Part shown: piece after piece, positions 1 to 9,744 of the stretch
Layout of the letters: each line of letters opens with the position of its first letter
How positions within the stretch are numbered: position 1 is the first letter of the stretch
Origin: Octopus sinensis
Taxonomy: Eukaryota
Direction of reading: 5' to 3'
DNA: 29,177 bases
Assembly: GCF_006345805.1 (NCBI RefSeq)
Contig: NW_021833161.1
Coordinates: forward strand, 1 to 29,177
The notes under the pieces: model-generated
Databases searched by the model: none
Seen by the model: the letters and a program-made list of their open reading frames with translations, nothing else
What the model was told of the DNA's origin: nothing
Made by a program: the position numbers and the translations under genes

Positions 1-239
1 TAGATAGATAGATAGATAGATGGATGACATTTTTGTGTCAATATTGTTGAATTTTTGTGAGTTTTAAAATATATTCCATCATATATAAACATCTACACGA
101 ACACGCCCCCCCCCCAACACACACACACACGTACGTACACACACATTCATACTTACACAGGCACGCATAGGCACTCATGTACATACACGTCTATGTGTGA
201 ATGCACACCTGAGTGTTTTTGTGTTTGTGTGTTTACATA

Positions 240-611
240 TCTGTATGTGCAGGCGTGCATGTATGTATATATCTTTGTATGTATGTGTAATTATGTATAT
301 ATATATGTATGTATACTATGTATGTATGTATGTATGTATGTGTGTATGTATGTATGTATGTATGTATGTATTCGTATGTATGTATGTATGCATGTATGTA
401 TGTACGTATGCATGTATGCACACACATCCACAGAGATGTCTTTTCAATGAAATATTGGTTTCGTTTCGTATTCACATATGTCAGAGGAGTTTCGTTATAT
501 TTATGTTTGTGTGTAATTTGTGTGTAATTTGTGTGTGTGCAGATAGATATATGTACATGTATATATAGAGAGATGCATATACACATACATATGTATGTAT
601 ATATATATATG

Positions 612-647
<36 letters not shown>

Positions 648-955
648 AGCTTGCATATACGGATGTATGCATATGTTATATATTATATATATATTTATAT
701 ATATATATATATAATATATATATGTATATATGTATATATATATATATAGTCACTGGTATAGATCCTATAGACAGGTACACGCACTATATAGACATGTACG
801 TATGTATGTATATATATTAATATATATATATATACATACCTATATATGTGTGTGAGTATACATATATATGTATATATATGTATCTATGTATGAATGTGTG
901 TTTACGTATGTTTGTATGGATATGTGTATATATTTACATATATATGTTTAAATAT

Positions 956-1001
<46 letters not shown>

Positions 1002-1035
1002 TATATATATATACATATATATATATGTATGTATG

Positions 1036-1069
<34 letters not shown>

Positions 1070-1085
1070 TGTATGTATGTATGTA
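240..1085. repeat. Compound (TATG)n/(TA)n/(CA)n microsatellite block
   Basis: Direct reading; it accounts for the MYVC/IYIY-type ORFs here. Confidence 0.95.
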
Positions 1086-1499
1086 CGCATAGCATTATTT
1101 TCAAGTAGCAAAAATGCTCACACTTCATTAATCAAATTCTGTGACTTGTCAATAAATTCAAAGAATATATTCTTAAATAAAATAAAAGCACAAAACACTT
1201 CTCGAAAATATAAACAATCTGTCATAACAATAAGAAGCAAACAAAACAAAGATGGAAATAAATATTTTATTTATTTTTTATTAAATTTGTCAAAAATCAA
1301 AATGAAAACTGCCAAAAATCTTAAAACAAAACCTTGGTACGTTTTTGGTCGTTGTTTTCGCTGTTGTTGTTAAAGATGTTGTTTTTAAGAGAATACGTTT
1401 AAATATGTAAAGACAAAAGATGTATCAGAAAAGCGATTGGAAGGAGGGTGGGTTGATGAGAATTGGGAAGAGTAGACATTGACGTTGATTTGTCTTACT

Positions 1500-1573
1500 G
1501 TGTATATATATATATATAGACGAGAGAGAGAGAGATGTATATATATATACATGTTACATACATATATACATAC

Positions 1574-1618
<45 letters not shown>

Positions 1619-1780
1619 ATATAAATACTATATATAGAGATATATATAAATACATATATATATAGAGATATATATCATAATAAATGTAAACTCACATAGT
1701 AATATATTCATTTATACAAATATATTTATCCATTTATATATATATAGATATATATAGATACATATTCATTTATACGAATA
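1500..1780. repeat. Degenerate (TA)n/(GA)n microsatellite
   Basis: Direct reading. Confidence 0.9.
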
Positions 1781-2409
1781 GATTTGTATGATTGAACGCC
1801 ACGCATCCTCTTACAAGTAAATTTTATCTTGATAATTCTGATGCGCCCTCTATACGATCTTTTTACACTTTCGTTTTTCTGTCTTTCTCTCTCTTATTCT
1901 TTTACCTCTTCTTCTTCTCCCATTATTCTTTCCTATTACTCTGTCACTCTCTCTCTCCTTCACTCCTCTTGCTCACGTGGCTCTCACGTGACCATCGACC
2001 ATCTTTCTTCTCCTAACATGTGTTTCTTTTTCTCCGTTGTTGCTGGAACAAGGAATACGTGTTCTTGTTTGTCTCCTGTCCACGCTTGATTTAAGCGTTC
2101 GCTACCACGACCTCTTTTAGGCTTAGCAGCCCTTCTTGTTTGTTTTCACTGACCTGTTTGTGTTAACTATTTTGACCGTCCGCAAAATTTGCTTTGCGGG
2201 AGCAACTGTTTTATCGAAAGCGTATATTGTTGTTAAATGCTCGAGAGTAGAAAAACAGCCAACAACTGATGAAGGGTCCCTCTATATGTTGTTTGTTTTG
2301 TTTTTCATTTGTGTCTTTCGTTGTTCGAAAGAATAGTTCATGTTCCATGTACTCGTGCTTCGTATTTGTGTTATTTTATGATGATGATGATGATGGTGAT
2401 GGTGATGAT

Positions 2410-2590
2410 GAAGCTGCTGCTCGAAGTGGTAGTGTTTTACGTTTTGAGTCAAATGCCGCTGAGTTCGATTTTGCCTTTCATCCTTTCGGGATCGATAAAA
2501 GAAATATAAGTCAAACACTGAGGCTAATCGACTGACCCCTCCAATCCACTCTACAAAATTGCTGGCTTTGTACCAATGGTAGAAAGGATG
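2410..2590 (+). mobile_element. Diverged group-A SINE (A2 type, (ATT)n tail)
   Basis: Matches other copies: gagtcaaatgccgctgagttcgattttgcctttcatcctttcgggatcgataaaa...ggctttgtaccaatggtagaaagg, followed by (ATT)n. Confidence 0.75.
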
Positions 2591-2635
2591 ATTATTATTA
2601 TTATTATTATTATTATTATTGTTGTTGTTGTTGTA

Positions 2636-2682
<47 letters not shown>

Positions 2683-2695
2683 CATTATTATTATT
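2590..2695. repeat. (ATT)n with (GTT)n patch
   Basis: Direct reading. Confidence 0.95.
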
Positions 2696-2834
2696 AATTC
2701 CACCGAGGTCGACTTTGAATTTTATCTTTTCGGGGTCGATAAATTAAGTCCCAGTGAAATACTGGGGTCGATGTAATCGACTGGCTCTCTCCCCAAAATT
2801 TCAAGCCTTGTGCCTATAATGGAAAGGATTATTA
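2696..2834 (+). mobile_element. Headless A2 SINE
   Basis: Starts aattccaccgaggtcgac and ends gccttgtgcctataatggaaaggattatt; aligns to the A2 body. Confidence 0.8.
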
Positions 2835-2835
2835 T

Positions 2836-2836
2836 C

Positions 2837-2894
<58 letters not shown>
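2836..2894. repeat. (AGT)n microsatellite
   Basis: Direct reading. Confidence 0.95.
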
Positions 2895-2895
<1 letters not shown>

Positions 2896-2897
2896 GA

Positions 2898-3128
2898 TAA
2901 GGCAAGCTGGCAGTATCGCGAGCGCGCTGGGCGAAATGCTTAGCGGTAGTTCGTCTGCCGCTAGGTTCTGAGTTCAAATTCCGCCGAGATCGACTTTGCC
3001 TTTCATCCTTTAGGGGTCGATTAAATAAGTACCAGTTACGCACCGGGGTCGATATAATCGACTTAATCCGTTTGTTTGTCCTTGTTTGTCCTCTCTGTGT
3101 TTAGCCCCTTGTTGGTATTAAAGAAATA
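2898..3128 (+). mobile_element. Full-length group-A SINE, A1 type (3' end ...gtattaaagaaata)
   Basis: tRNA-like head with A box (agctggcag) and B box (gttcaaattcc); end-to-end match to 13586-13822 and 24786-25017. Confidence 0.9.
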
Positions 3129-3275
3129 GGTATTTCGCCCGTCGCTACTTTCTCAGTTCAAATTCTGCCGATGTCGACTTCGCCTCTCATCTTTTCGACT
3201 AAGTACCACTGGGATCGATGTGATCGACTCATCCCCATCTCCGCCAAGCAGCCCTAGTGGCAAAAATTTGAAATA
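3129..3275 (+). mobile_element. Diverged A2 SINE body joined directly to the A1 tail
   Basis: ggtatttcgcccgtcgctactttctcagttcaaattctgccgatgtcgac... aligns to the A body from the ggtatttc position onward. Confidence 0.75.
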
Positions 3276-3287
3276 ATTATTATTATT

Positions 3288-3425
3288 AATTCCGCCGAGG
3301 TCGACTTTGCCTTTCATCCTTTCGGGGTCGATAAATTAAGTACCAGTTGCGTACTGGAGTCGATCTAATCGACTGGCCCCTTCCCCCAAAGTTTTGGGCC
3401 TTGTGCCTAGAGTAGAAAAGATTAT
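3288..3425 (+). mobile_element. Headless A2 SINE
   Basis: aattccgccgaggtcgactttgcctttcatcctttcggggtcgataaattaagtaccag...gtagaaaagattatt. Confidence 0.85.
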
Positions 3426-3438
3426 TATAATTATTATT

Positions 3439-3977
3439 GAGTGAGAGAGCAGTGCATGCCATCAAAGTGACACTGGGGTAAAATATACGAAGCTCAGTAT
3501 ACCCATCATGACTACCTGTCTGATAAGGGTACACCAGGCACATGCAACACAACCATATGTGCACGACATGGCGATCTCATATCAAGATAAACAGCGCATG
3601 ACCTTGCAGGTGGGGCCCAGTTAGAATTTTCTTCTGGTTGAGTAGCCCATCCCGCTCAAAAAGTCCCTGAATAAGGATTGTTTAACGATATACCATTGTT
3701 TCCAATGGTGAATTATTCAAACCCTAAAGAATCCCTCTCAACACACGGCTATGATGCTCCCCTACTACTTCTGCTCGTGGTTAGAGATGCACATATCGTC
3801 AGCCACTAAGGGACTTGCTCAACTGGTTATGGTCAAACAACTGACAAGCAAATCTGTGGCGTTGAGCAGAATATTTGCTGTAACCCATCTTTTATACCAA
3901 GACAAAACAGTGTACATGATAACAGTTCCAATCAGTTAAGATCAGAAGCCACGAGAGCCAGTGCTTGGTACTGCATC
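3439..3977 (-). mobile_element. Unclassified ~540-bp interspersed element flanked by TAA repeats (copy 1)
   Basis: Reverse complement aligns end to end with 19985-20539; (ATT)n on both sides. Strand is inferred from flank polarity. Confidence 0.85.
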
Positions 3978-4005
3978 ATTATTATTATTATTATTGTTAT
4001 TATTA

Positions 4006-4067
<62 letters not shown>

Positions 4068-4318
4068 ATTGTTGTTATTATTATTATTATTGTTGTTGTT
4101 ATTATTATTATCATTATTATTATTATTGTTATTATTATTATTATTATTATTGTTGTTGTTGTTGTTATTATTATTATTATTATTGTTGTTGTTATTATTA
4201 TTATTATTATCATTGTTATTATTATTATTATCATTGTTATTATTATTATCATTATTATTAATTCCTCCGAGGTCGACTTTGAATTTCATCTTTGTTGTTG
4301 TTATTATTATTTTTGTTG

Positions 4319-4355
<37 letters not shown>
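3978..4355. repeat. (ATT)n/(GTT)n microsatellite containing a ~34-bp A2 SINE fragment at 4260-4293
   Basis: Direct reading; source of the poly-L/I/N/Y ORFs. Confidence 0.95.
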
Positions 4356-4358
<3 letters not shown>

Positions 4359-4575
4359 GGCTGCGATCTGGCAGTATCGTTAAACCGCTGGAGAAGATAC
4401 TTAGCAGCATTTTACTCGTCTTCACGATTTGAGTCCAAATTCCCCGAGGTCGACTTTGTCTTTTATCTTTCTGGGGTCGATAAAATAAGAGGCAGCTGAG
4501 CATTGGGGGGGGGGTCGATGTAATCGACTCACCCATCCCACTGAAATTGCTGGATTCTATGCTAAAATTTGAAAA
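4356..4575 (+). mobile_element. Diverged full-length A2 SINE
   Basis: taaggctgcgatctggcagtatcgtta...cttagcagcatt...gagtccaaattccccgaggtcgac...aaaatttgaaaac. Confidence 0.8.
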
Positions 4576-4584
4576 CAGTATCAA

Positions 4585-4674
4585 GACGGTAAACCTGGTA
4601 GAACCGTTAACGGCTGCATTTCATCCGTCTTTACGATCCGAATTCAAATTCCGCTGAGGTCGAATTTACTTTCA
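4585..4674 (+). mobile_element. A-group SINE 5' fragment
   Basis: ctggtagaaccgtta...gaattcaaattccgctgaggtcgaatttactttca. Confidence 0.65.
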
Positions 4675-4704
4675 GCCAATGGGAAACGACGAAGCAAATG
4701 CCAC

Positions 4705-5110
4705 CAGGAGTGGCTGTGTGGTAAGTAGCTTGTTTACCAACCACATGGTTCCCGGTTCAGTCCCACTGCGTGGCATCTTGGGCAAGTGTCTTCTGCTATA
4801 GCCTCGGGCCGACCAGAGCCTTGTGAGTGGATTTGGTAGACGGAAACTGAAAGCCCGTCGTATATATGTATATATATATATGCGTGTGTATGTTTGTGTG
4901 TCTGTGTTTGTCCCCCTAGCATTGCTTGACAACCGATGCTGGGGTGTTTATGTCCCCGTTACTTAGCGGTTCGGCAAAAGAGACCGATAGAATAAGTACT
5001 GGGCTTACAAAAGAATGTCCCGGGGTCGAGTTGCTCGATTAAAGGTGGTGCTCCAGCATGGCCGCAGTCAAATGACTGAAACAAGTAAAAGAGTAAAAGA
5101 GTAAAAGAGA
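4705..5110 (+). mobile_element. Group-D tRNA-derived SINE with internal (TA)/(TG) microsatellite and (GTAAAAGA)n tail
   Basis: Head ggagtggctgtgtggtaag...ggttcagtccc (A/B-box-like); near-identical to 9317-9744. Confidence 0.9.
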
Positions 5111-5124
5111 GAGTTGAGCACAGG

Positions 5125-5200
5125 AACCGACGTAATCGGCTTTCCCCTCCCCTATTCCTACCAAAATTTCTGGCCTTGTGCCAACATTAGAAAGAACTCT
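5125..5200 (+). mobile_element. A2 SINE 3' fragment
   Basis: gacgtaatcggc...ccctcccc...aaaatttctggccttgtgccaacattagaaag. Confidence 0.6.
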
Positions 5201-5375
5201 TGCTGTTATCGTTGCTTTATATCTAAGCATCTCCTTCTATATTCATTTCCATCCAATGGATAAGTTCACATGTACCGATAAATAAGGCTTTTCCTCGCTG
5301 TTTGTCCTTCCTAATAGAAGAGCGTGACTTTCGGTAATTATCTTCGGTCACTTATTCAATTCGGGCGCATAAACT

Positions 5376-5378
<3 letters not shown>

Positions 5379-5417
<39 letters not shown>

Positions 5418-5590
5418 GTGCATACATGCGCATTAAGTCACATACGTATACGAATATCCATATAGACACATATACACTTACACAAGCTTAAGGTCACGAT
5501 AGTAAATTTTTAGATCCATCTATTCAAGCATACAAACCTACATACGTGTATATATGTATTTGGAGAGGCGGATGTGCGCATGTATCGGTG

Positions 5591-5627
<37 letters not shown>

Positions 5628-6060
5628 TTGTGTGTTTGTGCGTATTTATGTGTGTATATATTTATGTGCATGTGTGTATGTGCTTATGGACGCACGCAGA
5701 AAAGGTTTTGCATTCGCACACGTGCTCACGTGTGTGTGGAAAGATATATATATATATGTGTGTGTATGTGTGTGTGTGTACGTATGTATGTATATGTATA
5801 TATATGTATATATATGTATATATATGTATATATATATATATGTACACAAACATATATACATATGCATGTACAGGTATACTCACACATTTGCGTGTGTGTG
5901 TGTGTATATATATATAAATATATATACATATATATATATACATGTTCATCCATGCATGCACACATGCAGTTGCACATATATATATATTTGCATATATGTA
6001 TGTATATATATGTGTGTGTGTGTATGTGTGTGTATGCGTGTGTGTATGTGTGTGTGTATA
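5379..6060. repeat. (CA)n plus compound (TA)/(TG) microsatellites
   Basis: Direct reading. Confidence 0.9.
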
Positions 6061-6190
6061 GAATATAGTCTTTGCGTGTAATCCTATTTTATTTATTTAA
6101 TTTACAGTTCGCCCCCCTCCCCATCCAGTATCTTGGGCGCACTGATAGCAAAGCGAGTCTCTTGTCATTCTTTTCCGTGTTCGACTTCAA

Positions 6191-6480
6191 TTCGCTTTAA
6201 TAGAAAAACCAACATATCATCAGATGTTTAATAAAAATTCTATTAAAGTCTCTTACTCCTGTTACAAAAATTGAGGCTGCGCTTTTAAATCTATTACTGT
6301 ATGGCGTATCACGTAATAGTAAAATGAATTCGAGAAGTGATATAATTACAGGAATCCTTGCTGTGCCAAGGGAGATTTGAACGAGTGTTTGCAGCAGAAA
6401 TCTTACATCGACTCAACAAGAAATGAATTTAAGGACAGATTTTATGCGCACAAGTATTCTTTGAGCAACTCGAACGGGGA
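6191..6480 (+). mobile_element. Degenerate Penelope-like element fragment (RT-to-GIY-YIG linker and start of the GIY-YIG endonuclease)
   Basis: One frame from 6191 reads FALIEKPTYHQMFNKNSIKVSYSCYKN*...*YNYRNPCCAKGDLNECLQQKSYIDSTRNEFKDRFYAHKYSL. This matches my recollection of Penelope-like motifs (HKIFNxNTxKxSYSC, CNCR...CL, YIGxTxxxFKxRxxxHK). Several stops. Confidence 0.65.
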
Positions 6481-6494
6481 ATTTGCCAGCTTTT

Positions 6495-6585
6495 TCTTGG
6501 TTCAGTTACTGGACTGTGGTCATGCTGGAGCACCGCAATGAAAGGGTTTTGTCGAACAAATTGACACCAGCACTGATTATTTCTT
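6495..6585 (-). mobile_element. Diverged 3' fragment of a D-related SINE
   Basis: ggactgtggtcatgctggagcaccgc...gtcgaacaaattgacaccagcact is the reverse complement of the D-type 3' end. Confidence 0.6.
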
Positions 6586-6762
6586 GTGAGTGTTATGTGC
6601 TATGTAGTGATGTAGTTCTTCTATCAGACGCTGTTGCCATACTGCTAGGATTACGGGGATGTAAACAATGCAACACCGGTTATTAAGGCGGTGGAGGATC
6701 GAACGCGAACACTCATATACATACAGATAGATAGAGAGAGAGAGAGATATAATGTATGTATA

Positions 6763-6969
6763 GGAGTGGCTGTGTGGTAAGTAGCTTGCTTACCAGCCAC
6801 ATGGTACTGGGTTCAGTCCCACAGCGTGGCACCTTAGGCAAGTGTCTTCTACTATAGCCTCGGGCCAACCAAAGCCTTGTGAGTGGATTTGGTAGACGTA
6901 AAGTGAAAGAAGCCCGTCGTATATATGTATATATATATATATATATGTGTGTCTCTCTGTGTGTGTGTG

Positions 6970-7009
<40 letters not shown>

Positions 7010-7203
7010 GTATGTTTATGTGTCTGTTTTTGTCCCCCCAACATCGCTTGACAATCGATGCTGGTGTGTTTACGTCCCCGTAACTTAGCGACCGATAGAA
7101 TAAGTACTAGGCTTACAAAGAATAAGTGCTGGGGTCGATTTGCTCGACTAAAGGTGGTGCTCCAGCATGGCCGCAGTTCAAATGACTGAAACCTGTAAAA
7201 GAG
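6763..7203 (+). mobile_element. Group-D SINE (different subfamily, short internal deletion)
   Basis: Aligns to 4705-5110 but carries the variants cccccaacatcgcttgac and ctaggcttacaaag, and lacks gttcggcaaaagag. Confidence 0.9.
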
Positions 7204-7216
7204 ATGTATGTATGTA

Positions 7217-7378
7217 TACGACAGGCTTCCACAATTTTTTGTTTACCAAATTCACTCACAAGGAATTGGCCGGCTTTAGGCTACTGTAGAAAACACTTGC
7301 TCAAGATGCCGCGCAGTGAGACTGAACCTAGAACCACATTGTTGTAAAATGAGCTTTCTAACCACAGAGCCATATCTG
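7217..7378 (-). mobile_element. Diverged 5' half of a group-D SINE
   Basis: tacgacaggcttcc...caaattcactcacaagg...acacttgctcaagatgccgcgcagtgagactgaacc...aaccacagagcc. Confidence 0.8.
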
Positions 7379-8285
7379 CTACTAGACTTTTCGAAATACT
7401 CTTGGAGACTAATACAATGTAACGACAGCACTTATAAAAGGTCAATCCTTCTTTTTGCACCTGCTTACATATACAGCAATCGTAGAAGAAAAAAAACTGA
7501 GTTGTCATCTTTGCTTAACAAAAAAAAAGATTGTAATATTTCAGCGGAACGAAAACATCTTGAACACACGAAACGACAACTTGAGAACTTGTTTACATAA
7601 AGCGAAAATTTGGTTGTGTAATTTTCATAAGATGTATACTATAGAATTACTATAGAAGTATGAAGTTTCTGACAGTTTCCAATTTTATCATTGTTTTTTT
7701 TTTTTTTCTTTGATTTTTTTTTTTTTTTTCGTTTAACCATTTCAACTGCACCTCGTTTCGGGTTGCTTTCGATCATCTAACATGAAAATACAGTTGCAAA
7801 CACATTCCAATGTTTTTTGAGGTTCTTTTTTTTTTATATTCTGCGGATTTCTTTGTCTTTTCTCTGCTTTTTTACATTTAAATATTTGAACGTTCTGTGA
7901 ATGGCCTTCAGCTCAATGAAGATAACTTTAGTTTACAAGACGGAATTACACAACTATTAATTAAATTATTTATTTATATTTACACAAATGTTTCTTAATT
8001 TTATAAAAGAAGCAATTCAATATTTTAGATCTTTTTCTATTCTTTTAATTTCATTCCAACATATTTTCAAATTTAGTGTACTGTTGTAGTTTTGTATGCT
8101 AATTTTTCCACTAAATTAATAAATAAAAATTTAATAGTTTTTTAAAGTTTGTAAATTTCGAGTAATTTTAGCCAATCGAAAGCCACAGAGTCAATGGTGC
8201 CTGTTTCTATTGTAGCAAGTCAAGCTGTAGTCTGCTTCCGAAAAGAATGCAACGTGTGTGTGTGTCTGTCAAAAGATATATAAAT

Positions 8286-8602
8286 GAGCACTCTGTCGGT
8301 TACAACGACCCAGCTGATACGATCAACGGAACAGCTTGCTCGTGAAATGAACGTGCAAGTGACTGAGCAATCCACAGACACGTGTACCCTTAACGTAGTT
8401 CTCAGAGAGATTCAGCGTGACACAGAGTGTGACAAGGTTGGCCCTTTGAAATACACGTACAACTCATTTTTGCCAGCTGAGCGGACTAGAGCAACGTGAA
8501 ATAAAGTGTATTGCTCAAGGACACAACGCGTCGCCGGGAATTGAACTCACGACCTTACAATCGTGAGCCGAATGCCCTAACCACTAGGCCACGAACCTTC
8601 AC
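8286..8602 (-). mobile_element. Group-E SINE variant (tRNA head, alternative core, tail shared with 26633-27003)
   Basis: Reverse complement begins gtgaaggttcgtggcctagtggttaggg...gagttcaattccc; about 170 bp of the 3' part matches 26825-27000. Confidence 0.85.
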
Positions 8603-8649
8603 TCAAAATATATATGGTTGGAATGTTGCACCCTTCCTCTTAGAACTGT

Positions 8650-9300
8650 ATTGTTTATTTATTTATATTTCCTTTACCTTTACTCATGGATTAAGAAACT
8701 GACTTTAGTCCTGCTCTGTATTGAAAAAACTGGGTATGAGTCTCTGCACAGCTATAGATTACAACAGCTATGATGGGAAAATATGTGCGAAGGACCAGCT
8801 CCGCAACCCAGTTCCGATAGGCGGTTCTGGAAAGATTATTGAAGCAGAAGAAACTGTCTTCTCAAGACGTAAATGCAACCGATGGAAGGTGCCTGATACT
8901 TGAATAGTGGGTTTTCGGAGGAATGTGTCGCGAGACCAGACATGCACTTTTCTTTATGCAATGCCATGTCGGAATCGCGACACACTAGAGGACTGCATAC
9001 ATCAGAAATTTCTTCGAGGAACCACAATTTTCAGTGACTTGCGGCCGGCCTACACTCACATTCTTGAAACTGATGGTTATAATTTTCGTCATAGAACACA
9101 GTCAATCCCAGCATTGGGTTTATTAACTTGGAAGATGGTACCTACACGCGACAAGCAGGATAAAGGTGCATGGGCCTGTGTAAAATGAAGGAATAAACAA
9201 TGCTGTGAGACCCACTGTTCTATGGTTGGCTCATATTTCTGCGAATTTATGCGGCACGGGAGATATGAAAATTGTTATTTGTTTGAGAATCTTCTAAAGT
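8650..9300 (+). mobile_element. Merlin (IS1016/IS1595-like DDE) transposase relic
   Basis: Joining frames gives KLGMSLCTAIDYN...LRNPVPIGGSGKIIEAEETVFSRRKCNR / WVFGGMCRET / RNRDTLEDCIHQKFLRGTTIFSDLRPAY...GYNF / TVNPSIGFINLEDGTYT / GAWACVK*RNK...SYFCEFM...FENLL. Motif order fits the ISXO2-like/DDE_Tnp_IS1595 family. Frameshifts and stops present. Confidence 0.85.
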
Positions 9301-9316
9301 TTGAGAATCTTCTATA

Positions 9317-9487
9317 GGCGCAGGAGTGGCTGTGTGGTAAGTAGCTTGTTTACCAACCACATGGTTCCGGGTTCGGTCCCACTGCGTGGCACCTTGGGCA
9401 AGTGTCTTCTACTATAGCCTCGGGCCGACCAAAGCCTTGTGGGTGGATTTCGTAGACGGAAACTGAAAGAAGCCTGTCGTATATATG

Positions 9488-9524
<37 letters not shown>

Positions 9525-9744
9525 TTGTGTGTCTGTGTTTGTCCTTCTAGCATTGCTTGACAACCGATGCTGGTGTGTTTATGTCCCCGTTACTTAGCGG
9601 TTCGGCAAAAGAGACCGATAGAATAAGTACTGGGCTTACAAAAGAATAAGTCCCGGGGTCGATTTGCTCGACTAAAAGGCGGTGCTCCAGCATGGCCGCA
9701 GTCAAATGACTGAAACAAGTAAAAGAGTAAAAGAGTAAAAGAGA
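9317..9744 (+). mobile_element. Full-length group-D SINE
   Basis: ggcgcaggagtggctgtgtgg...; near-identical to 4705-5110; (GTAAAAGA)n tail. Confidence 0.92.

Noticed and set aside
1792-2336. F/S/L-rich ORFs and a possible minus-strand exon
   Set aside because: The composition reflects a polypyrimidine tract, and all three minus-strand frames after the candidate acceptor stop within about 20 codons.
7316-7655. Overlapping 94-aa and 66-aa ORFs
   Set aside because: The first begins inside a SINE fragment, both run through A-tracts, and neither has domain motifs.
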